Shown piece by piece: positions 49,531 to 62,460 of a DNA stretch of 64,000 bases. Under the pieces are notes generated by a model. That model made no database searches and was not told where the DNA came from. It worked only from the letters and a program-made list of their open reading frames with translations. The position numbers were made by a program, and so were the translations under genes. Within the stretch, counting starts at the first letter, position 1; every line of letters starts with the position of its first letter. This DNA comes from Lama glama (taxonomy: Eukaryota). The stretch spans positions 39,310,001 to 39,374,000 of the forward strand of contig CM052817.1 of NCBI GenBank assembly GCA_028534125.1. The letters run 5' to 3'.

Positions 49531-50338
49531 TTGCAAACACAGGTTCTGAAGGAGAAGTTACATGGAGAAGGCATATGGGTTATATGTTGGAGTCTAACTG
49601 ATAGTTTCCAGATTAACTCTAGGCCAGTCTGAGAGCCACAAGTCTTTTCTGACACACTCTGGACTATGAAAGTATATTTCCCCAACTGCTTCGACCCTCT
49701 GTCCAGAATGGCATTACTAATTTCACAAAAGCTTTTGGTGACCTTTCATTAAATAGAGGAAAAGCATTGCCCTTGGGAGCCAGTTTGTAACATCAACACA
49801 GAGTGAAATCAGAGAGGAGATGTGCCAGGCCCGTTGCAAGGAGGTAGAAAGATGCCCAGGCCAGTGAGGCAACTAGATTGGACATATCAGCACCAATATA
49901 TGCAAAGAGCATATCTGTAAAGGTAGATTGTAGTTTAGAAAATGGCAAGTCGGGGAGGCAAATATGGCTAATGGCTGTCTTAACACTCCCAGGGGGAAAG
50001 AGCATTAGCAAAGGGATTAAGCATTCCTAGCTGTCCTGGCAAGCTCTCCTGTTATGGCAGGATGGACAAGGCTCTCATAGCTCAGTGCAGTTCCGTATTC
50101 AACTATTCTTACTTCCGTGTCTGACTCCATAGATCTGGCAATGTGGTTATGGCTATGGGAGGAGAATGTGCCAATCAAGTAGCCTTGGAGTATTTCTGGT
50201 GTTTGTAACGTAATTTCTGATGTTTTAGTTAACCATTTCAGCTTTCCACCTTTGACAGCCAAGCCCATCCTTGGTGTTTTTTGACTAATCAGCTTTCTGT
50301 AATACTGAAGGCTTGATCGTACACTGTGATATGCCCAA

Positions 50339-50755
50339 TGTATCAGTCAGGGTTCAACCAAAAGAACAGAACCAAGAAGAAGGAGATTTGGATTAAGAAA
50401 CTTGTTACAAGGAACAGGCTTGTACAACTGTGGAGCTGGCTAGGCAAGTCTTATAGCCATAGGGCAAACTGTCAGGAAGGGCGGTCTGGAAATTTCAGGC
50501 ATGAGCTGAAGCTGCTGCCCACAGACAGATTTCTTCTTCATCCAGGGAAACCTCAATTCTGCTTTTATGGTCTTCTAACTGAATAGATCAAATTCACCTA
50601 GATTATCTAGGATAATGTCTTTTACTTAAAGTCAGCTGATTATGGAATTTAATCACATCTATAAAATATCTCCATAGCAACACTGAGATTATTGTTTGAT
50701 TGAATAATAGGTGACTGCAGCCTGGGCAAGTTGACATATAAAACTGACCATTGCA
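50339..50755 (-). mobile_element. MLT2 (ERVL) solo LTR, MLT2D-like
   Basis: tgtatcagtcagggttcaacca...ttacttaaagtcagctgatt...taatcacatctataaaata...caagttgacatataaaactgaccat. Confidence 0.9.
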
Positions 50756-51255
50756 CTTGCCAAGTTAAACCTGAGGATTAGATTCTAGACTGTTATGTGC
50801 CCACATAAATTTGGTACTATATTCTAGACCATGGTATATCTACCAAGGTAAGATTAAGAGCTAGACCCTATGGTATGATGTATTCACCACATAATGAGAA
50901 TCTGCAGCTCCAGGCCAGGGTTGCTGTTTTTTTCCTGCAGTATCTCAGAATCACCATGGGAGCTCTCCACATCTCTAAGGAGATCCCCTTTTCAATATTG
51001 TAAAGTATACAATCAGTTCATCCAGAAAGCAACAGTAACCACCTCCTAAGAGCTTGGCTATGTTTACAGTATCTCTCTGGTCAGATTTCATCTGACTCTA
51101 TGAGTCTATATTTTTGACATTGTAAGACCAATCCCTCTACCTGTGCTGTGATCCTCAACTGCCCTCACCATCTTGGGGATACACACTATCAGTAAGCATT
51201 TTCTCTTTCTGTTTCTTTATCTGTTCTGGATGATCTTACACCCACACATTTAATA

Positions 51256-51342
51256 TTCACGTATGACTGAAAAATTGTGCTGTACACCAGAAATTGACAC
51301 ACATTGTAAACTGACTGTAGCTCAATAAAAATAAATAAATTA
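51256..51342 (+). mobile_element. Young camelid-type L1 3' tip
   Basis: gtatgactgaaaaattgtgctgtacaccagaaattgacacacattgtaaactgact...caataaaaataaataaa. Confidence 0.9.
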
Positions 51343-51830
51343 AACAGCCTCTAGCCTCTCCCATTTGAAAAACAAAACTGAACTCCATTCAACTTCATCC
51401 TGCCATTCTGTTTTTCTTTTTCTATCCAACCTCTCAAAAGAATTGTTTGAATGTACTTCTATTTCATGGCCTATCCTTTCTATTAGCCCACTTCACTAAC
51501 TCTACTGTGATGGTACTTACCACAGTCACCAGTGACCTTCATGTCACTAAATATAGTAGATATTTTAGGATTCAGCTAATAGCAGCATCTGACACCATTG
51601 ACCATTCATTCCTTTTTGTAACACCCTCTTCCATTAGTGTCTTTGTTTTACACACTCTCCTGGTTTTCCTCCCACCTTTTTAGGTACTCTTTCTCAGTCT
51701 CCTGTTTATGCTTATTATTCTTTACCCAGACTTTAATGGTTGGAGTTCCTCAGATCTTTGCTGAGCTTTCTGCCCCTTGGCTCCAATTATCATCCATATA
51801 CTGATGATTGTCCATTTTATAATCTACCTA

Positions 51831-52281
51831 TGTCAGGTTGAAATGAACTTTGTTGAAGTTAATAAGAAAAAGAAGAACTGAAATGAATATAGTTTTGGTT
51901 TTTTGTTTGTTTTATAAAGTCTGGAGGTAGCTTTTGTAGGCATGTTTCAGCTATTCAATGACATTATAGCTGAAATCTTTATGATTCTCTTGCCTTTTCT
52001 CTTATGGGAGCAATATGGCTGCTGAAGCTCCAGCCATCATATCCATATTCAAAGAGACAGAATAAGGCAGAGATGAGATAGCATCTGTATCTGGGAAAAA
52101 AGCTTTCCTGATGCATTAATTAACATAAGCTTATGTCACATTGACTAGATCTTTGTCACACGACCATCTGGATATGCAAAAGAGACAAGGAAACAGCATT
52201 GCTTATCCAGCTGGTATAGTAGAGGTTGGCAAAAGAGAAAAGTGCTGGATATTGGGTAAGCCAACTTACAATTCTTCCACA
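51831..52281 (-). mobile_element. MLT1-family LTR nested in L2
   Basis: caatatggctgctgaagctccagccatcatatccatattc...tgtcacattgactaga...ggatattgggtaagccaac. Confidence 0.8.
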
Positions 52282-54224
52282 AATAACCAGTGTTTTCCCA
52301 ACTGCCTTCTCAGCATCTCCATTTGGATGTTTCCAAGCATCTAGAATCAAAATACCAAAAACTTAACTCATGACATTTCCTCTAAATATAGTCCTCCACC
52401 AGTGCTGTCTCAAGAAATCACACTGCTATTCATCCAGCTACGAAAGCAGAGAACCAGGGCTGTTATCTTTGACAGCTCTGTTATCCTACAGACAAGCAAA
52501 TACACACACATCAGATACATCACCCATTTCTATTAATGTAGATTACTAAATATTTTTCAAATCCCTTTACTTCCTTCTATTTTTAGCCACTACCACTCTA
52601 GTCCAAACTAACATCATCTCTTTCCTGGACAGCATGCTCTTGTGCCATTCTCTACTCTGTTCGCAAAGTGCTGTTTTTAAAAACAGCTTAGATCATGATC
52701 CTCTTCTGGTCATGACCTTCAACTACTCTTAAAATAAATAGTATGACCCACAAGGTTCTGCACGACTTGGCCACAGTCCAGCTCTCTTGCCTCACCCCTC
52801 ACTCCTCCTTGCTCCTTGAGCTCCTCAGCTCTGAGAAAGCACCTTGCTTCTTCTTACCTCAGGACCTTTATCCTTCCTGATTTTTTGAGTGGGGTGGGAA
52901 GTTTCCGAAACACTCCCTCCCTCAAGGAGTTGATTTCTACTTACCTTCACATCTCAGCTCAAACATCACTTCCTTGGAGATAATATTCTTGAACCCTACA
53001 CCAAATTACGTCCTCCTGTTAAAATCATTTCCAATTCTTTCATTTCATGGCTTACATCACAGTTTGTAACTGTATACTTATTAGCATGCCTCTTTGATTA
53101 TAGCCAGGCTCCCCTATTAGATAAGCTTGAGAAAAGAGACCACATTTTTTTTTATTTCTTTCTCTCTAGTGTCTGGCTGGGCTCAAGAATTAATATATAT
53201 TTGCAGGAATTAATATATATTTGTTGAATAAATATTAACACATTGGCCAATTTTAATCAAACAAAAAAAGAGCTGATTGATTTCTTACTATGTATCTTGC
53301 ACTGTGATAAGTACAAATAAAAAGAGTACTGGTGAATTTGAGAAGACAGGATTTGCTAATCCTTACCAAAGGATAACCTCAAAGAAATGTCATTTAAAGG
53401 TCTCTGATACTTGTCCCATGTCACCATTTAATTCTGCTGGCCACACCATCTGGAAACTGTGAATCCTTAGTTCAAGACCAGTAAAGTCACAATGACTTCT
53501 GCCAAAAACCAAAGAGATAGATTATACAACTCCTCTAAACCTCTTACAGTCTTTAGCTTTGGGTGCTCTCCATGAAACCCCTTATGCCCAGTTTTTAGAT
53601 CTTATTAATTCTCATTCTGCCAGTATACTTCTGTTCTTTCAGAACTAGAACTGACCCACCCCCACCCCTTTTACCAAACCAGTTTCATCTCAACCTGACA
53701 GCTGCACACATAGCTTTAAGGAGACACCAGCAAATACAACTAAAACAAACCCTTTCTGCTCTATTCTGTTCTGCTTGAGATTAATGCTTAAATGTCAAAA
53801 CAAAGGTTGAAACTCAGATGAATAAATGAGCCTAATGAAGACTCCTCTGCCCTCCATCCACCGCAACCATCATTTATTCTCTGAGAGGAAGATCTACCTT
53901 ACCCCTCCCAGAGTATATCTAATGTGACCTGTTAGCCAAAATAGCCAGCTGGCTAAGAAATCACCGAAGGAAAGAATGAGTGAGTGATTCATCTTGAATG
54001 AATGTGTCTTCAGTAACAGGTATGCCAATGTTTCCTGTCTCAGCATCTTCACTTCCTTTTTATAGTGTTTTCTTCTTTTCTTTAGGCAGACCAGCTCCAT
54101 CTTTGTAAATGTCAGTGAAGCTTCTGTAAGAGGTTTTTGGGGGTAGGTTGGACAGTAGGGGGCCGTTTTGACTGTGATATGAAGAATGGCCACGTGAATT
54201 CACAGTGCTGGGGCTGAGCTAGTT

Positions 54225-54590
54225 CCTGCTCACTCAGTGCCCCTGCAATCTTCCTGTGCCCCTCCGGGTCCACCCTCACCCTACTCTCCTTCCTGGAGGC
54301 TGAACTTGTTGGGACCCATCCCCAGACTCCTGAGCCCTCTGACTTCCTTTAGATTCAGCCAATGATTGGAGCCCAGGGAGTAGACTGGAAGGAGGCAGGC
54401 AGGTGAAGACCAGGCATTTATGTTTACGGCACCTTCCTATGAGGTCTCAGGGCCCGGCAGTGTCCTGGCTGGCAGACTTTGCTCTCAGTAAGGTTGTTTG
54501 CACTGCAGGACTCTCTTCTTCCATAACTCATCCCTCCTCGTGTTGCTCAGGGCTGGAGAGTGGGAGCTCTGTGCCACTGCTGGGTCTGTG
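54225..54590. mobile_element. Old ERVL LTR (LTR33/LTR16-like)
   Basis: cctggaggctgaac...gccctctgacttcc...ttcagccaatg...ggaaggaggcagg...ggcatttat. Confidence 0.65.
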
Positions 54591-54902
54591 AGTGTCTCAG
54601 GGGCACAGACTGAAAGGTTCCCAGGTCTTCCCCGTTGCCATTCAGTTCTGCTTGCTCTTTAAAAGCAAGCCCAGGTGCACATTTTCCTCATCGCTTCCTC
54701 AACATTCAAGGAGGCGGCGTTCCCACCAAGTCTCAGGGGAAGTCCGGAACGTATGAGGTGCTCTGCCTCATCACAATGAAACATGCAGTGATGGCACGTG
54801 GGTAACTGCTCCCAGCACGGCTAGGCTTTTTCTCTGTGTCAGTTTTTTGGGATCTACTTTCAGAAAGTGTCATTCTTACCGTCCCTCTCACAGAATGTCT
54901 GA

Positions 54903-55068
54903 GCAGTGGTTCCTAAATACCAGCTGCAGAATGAACAGTCTGAGGGTGGTTGTTTAGGATGTGAATACAGATTCCCGAGTTCAAGGTGCTGCGTTGTAAT
55001 CTGGCAAGTGAGGGAGGCCCTGAAATCAGTGTTTTTACAAGTTCCCCGAAGTCTAGTCAAGTTGGGGG
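54903..55068. mobile_element. MER5-type element
   Basis: cagtggttcctaaa...aatacagattcccg...gaggccctgaaatcagtgtttttacaagttcccc. Confidence 0.7.
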
Positions 55069-55995
55069 GCCATTTGCCCTACCTCTCACTTCTTCAGCCT
55101 CCTTCTGCTCCTTCAAGAGATTTACATGGAGCTTCTGCTGTCAGGTTTGTGGATTTCATCTCATCCTTATTGTCACATACAGTTATTCCCCTGTCACCTC
55201 TACCAGATCAGTTTCTTTATTTAAAAAAAAATCAGTCTTTCCAATAACATGGTATGTCCTTATTCCAAAACATCTAGGCCATGAAAACATCTGTAAGATT
55301 GTGTATAAAATTTTAATCAAAATATTAGGTTGGCACTGAGTATTTGTATAAAACACACTCATCCACACAGTAGGTGTACGAATCTGAGAACATGAGGGGT
55401 CTCATCAAACTCGTTCCTTAACGTTTTCTTCTACACTCTTCTCACAGCTGTCCTCCTTCCTGTCATATCTGTTGTCTTCTGTCTGGAATTTCAGTTTTGT
55501 CTGATCTTTATTCTCAAGTTCAGTTTAACCTCTTGACCAAGTCAGCACATTTTTCCCCCCTCCAACCTATTGTTTTATTTTCAGAGAAAACAATCCACCA
55601 CTCTATTCTAGCATTCCCAAATCTTCCAACCTCTTCCAAAGTCAACTTCCCACTGAAAGAGACACTACTGCCTCCCAAGCTGTTCAGAGCTTCTTAATAG
55701 GTGTTATCAAACAGCATCTTTCATTCCCACAGGAGTCATCCAAATTAGATAAACAGTTTGACGAATCTCATCAGGCTTTCCATTAAGTCTCTGAGATCGG
55801 TCCCCACTGTATGGCACATCCAGCCAGACACTCTTTTACTAATTCTTGAATCTTGGGTTTAAGTGCTCGACGACCCCTACAACTGGCCCCTCCATCAGGC
55901 TCCCCTCACAGGGAGGAGGGCACTGTTCAGAACGCTACCTTCAAGTCTGGGGCCCTCTCAATGTTTGATCCCCATGAGCCTCCACTCTATTCAAT

Positions 55996-57600
55996 TGTGA
56001 GCAATTATTCTTACTGTCTCCCCAAACCTGGTTTCATCTTTTTCTATAATAATAGAACCTCTGACTTTTGGCCAAGGACCTGGCTACCCAACATAAAGAC
56101 TACATTTTCTCAAGTGTAGACATTTGAGTGGTCTGTGCAACTCTGGAGATGGCGTCTGTCTTTCCTCATTTCCTCCCTGCGCCCATGGGACTTTTGGAAG
56201 TGGCAGCTACTTGGATTGTGAATTTGATGCCAGGTAGTCCGTTTTAGACCATGAGGAAAGGACAGAATCCTGGGGAAAACATAGTACTTGGTTGCAAAGG
56301 ACCTGGGCCTCTAAGCATTTAGGAACAGAGCCATCAGGGTACCCTGGACCACTTACTCTCAGGTATTGTTGACATATGAGAAAACCACAGCATATTATTT
56401 ATGATATAGTTATCTGGGGATTGCTGTCACTCAACTAGACCTAATCATAACTGATTCACAATCGGTACCTAGAAACAGGGTGTTGCAAGTAAATGCACTC
56501 AAAATGAGTCATTAGCTTAGTGGATTTGGTAGGGTAGTAGACAGTTTAATGAAATGTTGCAAAAGATTTGGTTAAATCATTTCCAGGAGCAAACTATGTG
56601 CATACTGTGGCGGCAGGGAGAATTCAGGATGTTGGTATGTGTTGGCTACTTCATGCCACTTTGCTAAAAGCCCCGAAGGAGAAAGATAAACTAAGACCAG
56701 AACCAGCTCACTTGTGAATAGAAGTAGAAAGGAACATTCTTGGCTTGTGGTCTGCAGATTACCAAGTGCCCAGTCATTTGGAGTTTTGCAAAGATGAAAA
56801 CCTAACTGGATTTGTATTCTAAATGGGTTGGTAAGAAGCAAGGGCTGACTAAACACAGGTAGGACTCTGCCCCAGTTTGGTTTTCAGACACCTTCTCGTC
56901 TTTGTTCTCTGCCCAACACAGGAAGCCAGCTCACAGCCACGTGTCAATTCAGGGAGCTTGTCTTCAGATGCTGCAAGGTAGCCACTCTTTAGGTGAAAGA
57001 GGAAGGATTAATCACAGAGGAAAGTAAATGACAAGGGTTTTTATACTTAAAAATTCTATCAAGACTGGATCTTTGGCTAGGATTTACCCACACATGGAAC
57101 AGATTGGGCACAAACAGATCAGAAGTTTACTAAATTTCCAAGGGGATTAAATGACCAAAGAAACCACAAACTTGGTCTGCAAAGTTCTCTCCAGCCCCTA
57201 AAATAATCCCTGGGCTCTGAAACCTGTGCCAGCAGGAAGCAGGATATAAAAACTGTGAAACTTCCCCTCAACCCCCCCAAAAAGGGCATGGCTCCAGTGT
57301 CCACCTCAGATGTAGTCACGGGGGAAAAATGGAAGAGAAGAAAGTCCCAGTGCAGAACCAGGGATCAAGGAGGACAAAGGTCAAAGGAGAGCTTCACAGG
57401 GGCCAGGAGGAAAGGCAGCCAGGCGGGCTAACCAAATTCTTCATGATTCTTGCCAGACGGACGCCACTGTTACTATGGGCTAGGGACGTGTGTTTTCCAT
57501 TCTCTCTTTTCTAAAAGTCTATTTTTCACTGCAGTGATTTTGTTTCTATTTCAAAATTGTATACTGAGTGTGCAGGGGGTTGAGGGGGATAAATCACTGC
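55996..57600 (+). mobile_element. MLT1-type LTR (~55996-56458) followed by MaLR internal sequence
   Basis: LTR has aatagaacc...ataaagactacatttt...ctaatcataactgat. It is followed directly by atcggtacctagaa (internal start) and a typical 3' internal ttgtatactgagtgtg...gggga. Confidence 0.7.
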
Positions 57601-58196
57601 CATGGATATAATTATATCAAGTTCTTAATTTTTTTTAACTTCTGATATCTTTTCAAATAAGAAACTTACAATTCCAAGCAAGCCTGTTTTTCTATCAAAA
57701 AGCATCAGTACAACCCCTGGATATATGTAATTTTTTGCTTCTTCGATAGATGACAAGTTAATTATGTATGACAGAGTAACCTTACGACTGTAAATGCAAC
57801 CCAAACAGAGAAAAGAAGCAAAAAAGGTCATAAAGTTAAAAGTTGTGCATTACATTATACTTTAGATGCCCTCCTGCTGGTTTCGAAGGAAAACAGTTAA
57901 CTTTATTCTGCTCTCCCTTGGTATTAGCTTCAATTTCCTTTTCAAGCGCCTCAAACATACAATAAGCTTTTGATTATCAAGATTTCAAGTGTCCTACTAG
58001 ACAGCCAATGTGTATTTATGAATGGAATTACTAAAGAAGCAACTTGACTCCATCTAGGGAGCAGTTTCTGCGAGCCCTGAGCGATTCTCTGCGACTAAAG
58101 AACTGAAGAGAACTCGCTGGCCTTACTTTCACGATTGTCTTGGTACCTCTAGGGAAATGCACAAAGTGTTGCTGAGAAGCACAGATTGTGCATTTC

Positions 58197-58770
58197 TTAT
58201 TTGTTTATTTATACCCCACCTTATTCCAGGAAGGATTTAAGATGGCTTAAGGAGATGCATATGGTAACACAAATAAATTCACATAAGCAGAGAAAGTTGA
58301 GGCGAAATTAAAAGTGTAAGAAAGAAAGACATTACCAGTAATGCACTTAGTATATAAAAAGTATGTCATGTAACTGCATACCTCTGCCAGAAGTGGGCCA
58401 CCATTTTGTCTGTTTCAAGGAGAGAATACCATTAGTTACGCTTTCTACAGTGTTCTTAAGATAAATACCAACCAGAATCTCCAAAGCAGCTTGACTGCTT
58501 CAGAGAGACACGTGTCCAATGGGTTCTCATAGAATGGATAATGTCCTTAATTTGCTTTACAGCAAATACTTTTTTCAGATTATCCCTTATAACACCCCTC
58601 ACTACGGATCGATGAAACCATTCCAAGGCACATTTAGGTTAACGATACGGTGCGTGGGGGTGGTGAGGCAATGCTAAGGATCCAGGTATATACACCTCTC
58701 ACGTTGACTTTACCTAAGGATAGAGTCTGAAATGCCTAGAAGAACAGAAGAACTGCAAATCCTTGTAACA
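58197..58770 (-). mobile_element. L4 (RTE-X) LINE 3' fragment
   Basis: tttatttataccccaccttattccaggaaggatttaagatggctta matches the antisense L4 3' tail as I recall it. Confidence 0.7.
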
Positions 58771-58784
58771 ACCATTTTCCTCCT

Positions 58785-59510
58785 TCACATTAATTAAACA
58801 CCTATTATATGCAAAGCGCAGTGCTAAATTCAAGGCATAGAGTCCTTAAAGTACTGTCAGTATCTGTTTTTATTTGGGGAAGAAGATGACAGATGTTTAT
58901 CAAAGAATCTCAAAAATAGGCATATAATTATAGCTGTGATAAGTGGGCTAATGGAAACATCTGGAAAGTCAGTGACAGTTAATGAGACAAGGTGAGAAAT
59001 CCAGCCATGGGTGGAGGTTGTGGTATCAAGGGGAAAAGAGAGGACAGTGGGAGTGCAGAGGAAGGGTAGGTTATAAAAGCAACCAGCACACACCCTGAGG
59101 CAGAAACATCTGCATACACTTGACCACTTGAGAAGGCCGGTCTGGCTGGAGGCTGGAGGGCAGGAGAAGAGTGTTGTGAGACCCGCTTAGAGAGCAGGAC
59201 AGAGGCCAGTCCAGACCGCACCTTGCAGAATGAGATGAGGATTAAATTTTAACCTAAGAAGACTGGGAAGCCACTGAAAACTTTTGAACAGGCAGGCAGT
59301 GGTTCAAACATATTTGTACTTTTAAAAATTGTTCAGGGTGAGATGTACAGACTGGAAAGGTTAGGGCGGGAATAAATGTGGAGAGCAGCGCGAGAAGGCT
59401 CTCAAGGTGCAAAAGACAGTGTGGCTCAGACTAGAGTGTTGTGATAGAAATGAAAAGGTGAGAATGAATTTGAGAGCATCTTCGAGTTCAAATCAACAGG
59501 ACCGATATTT
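58785..59510 (-). mobile_element. L2 relic
   Basis: attaaacacctattatatgcaaagcgcagtgcta...gactgggaagccactgaaaacttttgaacagg...gaatttgagagcat. Confidence 0.8.
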
Positions 59511-60439
59511 TTGCTTCCAAGAGACTGAAATAGCTATTGATGGGCAGTGTTTTCTGAGGATAAATTTCCTAACAAGTCCTTGCAGTGCAGTTATTTTATG
59601 TGGCAAGTTAAGTACAGAGCCATATGTTTTAAAAGCCAGCTATGCTGGGGACAGAATGAAAAAAACCTAAGCAGCCTGGATAGAGGCCATCTTATCTCCC
59701 CTTGAAGATGAGTAGTCAAGACCCAAGGCAGGGCCAAGACTCTCTTCAGAGAGTAATTCTTTCAATCCACCTGAATGCACAGCAGTGGAGAAGACGTCAA
59801 TGTCCTCTGCCATCAAGTGTGGCTAGTGAGAATTTTAATTGGACAATTTACATAACAGATTTTTCAACCTTGACCATTAAAAATCTCAGGGAAGCACTCA
59901 TGCCACCCGCAATTTCGGTTGCATTTTCGGTAGTTACGTGTGCCTTCAACAAAATGAACAACTCTTTGCCTCACTTTTCTAGAGGAAGTGAATTGCTACA
60001 AAGGATAATCAGATTGAAGCTGAGGTGAATTTGCAAACAATAAAGGCTTCTGGGTTTGGAGGAATTTAGCTCTTCTTTCAAGCAATAGCTGGATAACAAG
60101 GCCATTTGTCAATTAAGACCACACCTAGTTTGCGATCTTAAAATAGTGGCGTCTCGTGAAAACTGCTTATCTCCCTAGCCTCTGGAAGTCTCTCGTCTCT
60201 GGGGAACCCATTCAGATCTTCCAATATGGTATAAAGGGGGCTGCTCGAGTCTTGTCTCATTTTAGTCCACTGGGAAGGTGCCCATTCACAGCATATACCA
60301 GAGCAGGGTATTCATGAGCATCGATTGCCAGGCATCCTCATGGAGCTCCTAGAGCTTAGAAGACAGCTGGTTCCCATCCACAGAAGCAGAGGTTATGGCA
60401 TCAACAATGTCTCTAACCCTACCCGTGCCACATGTGAGA

Positions 60440-60630
60440 ATAATACTGAATTGCAGCATTTATGTGTCAAGCACTATTCTGAGAGCTTTATCTTGCTTCA
60501 AAACCAACTTATTTTACAAATGAGAAAACCAAGGCACACAGCTTGGATATATTTAAGGTCACAGAGCCAGGATGTTGCTGAGCCCGGATTGAACTAGGCA
60601 GTCTTCTCTGCTATCTGTGCTCTTAAATGC
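60440..60630 (-). mobile_element. MIR SINE
   Basis: attttacaaatgagaaaaccaaggcaca...aaggtcacagagc...ggattgaactaggcagtct. Confidence 0.85.
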
Positions 60631-61389
60631 TCTTCTTGGCTGCCTGAGCTTGCATGCTCAAGAAATGGTCGGTCAATTTAGATGGACATGTGTAGTAGTA
60701 TTTCCTACTTGGTTTTTCTTTCTCTCTTATTATTTTTTTCCAGGAAAATCAATGTTCACTGCTTCAGCAAAAGAAAATGCAGTGATGCTCTGTGAACGCC
60801 ATAGCTCTGAGTACACAGGAAGCTTTCAAGCCACAGCTCACTCACATTCAAGTCAAAAAGCCAAGGAAGATGGAGCCTGAGACGTGACACATTCTTGGTT
60901 GTGACTTCTACCATTGAGTTTGCTGAAATTTACTATGATATCCCACTGGCAGGGAGCTGAGCGGTGTTTCTCATCTATTTCAAAATATGCTTTATTTAAA
61001 CACCAAAGCAAACCACTCAGGCATCGTCATAGGGAACTCCTTCTCTTGTTTGTGTATTAAGTAACTCTGTACTTCATGCCAGACTATACAGAAAGACAGG
61101 TGGAATCCCTGTGCTCAGTGGAATTGCATTCAGAGAGTAACCAGCACATTCTGTGTGCCTCGCAAAGGTGCCCCCAGAGGGGTCTGTTTGTGCTGAGAAG
61201 TCACTTGTTGGGTCCATTGACCAGCTTCCTATTTCTCAGGGAAAGTGGAGACCACCAGGCAAGAACTGCCTCTGTTTCTTTTCTCCGATGCATGAATCTA
61301 TCTGTACTACCTGGCCTTCTGTTCTTGGAGGTGGCTCTGTAGCTGGGCCTCTACAAGATGGGCTGAGGAAATAAAACCTGCTGGTGCAA

Positions 61390-61533
61390 GAAAAAGACAA
61401 GAGAACAAATACTGGGGAGGCTGTGGAGAAAACAGAACCCTAGTGGGCTGTTGGTGGGATTGTAAACTGGTAAAGACATTATGGAAAACAGTAGATGGAG
61501 GATCCTCAAAAAGTTAAAAATAGAACTACCAAT
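61390..61533 (+). mobile_element. L1 ORF2 C-terminal fragment
   Basis: gtggagaaa...ctgttggtgggattgtaaactggt...tatggaaaacagt...ctcaaaaagttaaaaatagaactacc. Confidence 0.85.
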
Positions 61534-61804
61534 AGCCTTTGGCCCTAAATTCTGAATGCCCACGAACACCCCTGGACCTAAGATAGAGCCACAGGCACTG
61601 AAGCTGTGAGTTAGAGGCTGTTCCTGCTTCCTTCCACACTAACACAGGATCCTGGATGGGAGAGGCCAGCCGGCCAAGCCTCAGCCTTGTCCCCACAACC
61701 TAACTGTGTGGGGCATGGGAACGCAAGCGTCGGGCTTTTTGACTTCCCCGAACACACAGTAGCATGTTTCATGCCATTGAAAGCCAAGACTCGTTAAATT
61801 TTAG

Positions 61805-62065
61805 GGTGATAAACGGCATAAAACAGAAAAAACTGCAAAGACAAAAACTGATACATGCAGCATGGAATTAAAAATTTTGTGTGATAAGAACGCTAAATTA
61901 TAAAGTAAATGAGACAATCGGGGGGGAAGGAATAATAACACATAAGCTAAATAAAACTCTAACAAGCTTATCATATAAAAATTTCTCTAAAAGTAATACA
62001 AAAAATCTTTTTAAGGGAATGACAAAGGGTAAAAGTGGACAATTCACAGGAAAAATAAAGAATGT
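61805..62065 (+). mobile_element. Old L1 fragment
   Basis: gacaaaaactgatacatg...attaaaaattttgtgtg...ggacaattcacagg. Confidence 0.55.
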
Positions 62066-62324
62066 GAGAAATTCGGGGCCTTTCCCGGTGTCTATGCCAT
62101 CTCATGGATGAGGACTCGCTGGGGCTGCAGAGCTGAGCCTATGAGTGGCTGTCAGTGTTCTACTCCCACCAGCTGTGTAAGAGGATGGAGTAGAAAAAAG
62201 AGGGGAAATTGGAAGTCAAGTCCAAGAGAAGTGACACTGAGCACGAATGAGGTATATAGTGAAAAATGAGCTTAGGACAGCAGCCAAGGCCAAGTCACAA
62301 GGTTCAGGAGGCTCTCTCTTCAGA

Positions 62325-62460
62325 CTATCTCATTTAATCCTCAGACAGCTACAGCACCGGTATCTTTATAATGCCTCTTTTACAGCAGAGGGAACGAAAG
62401 CTCAGAAGACTGAAGGGACTGCCCCAAGGGACCCCGTCATGTGGAAAAGCCAGAATGTGA
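62325..62460 (-). mobile_element. MIR fragment
   Basis: tatctcatttaatcctcagacagc...ttttacagcagagggaacgaaagctcaga...gactgccccaagg. Confidence 0.75.

Larger units (their letters stand above)
51100..53232 (+). mobile_element. Long L2 relic interrupted by an L1 tip and an MLT1 LTR
   Basis: gtcaccagtgaccttcatgtcactaaat, gcagcatctgacaccattgaccattcattcct, ctgccttctcagcatctccatttggatgt, tctcagctcaaacatcacttcc and tail ttgttgaataaat. Confidence 0.85.

Noticed and set aside
58049..58066. CTCF-like site catctagggagcag (also weak matches near 42560 and 43845)
   Set aside because: Three or more mismatches to the core consensus.
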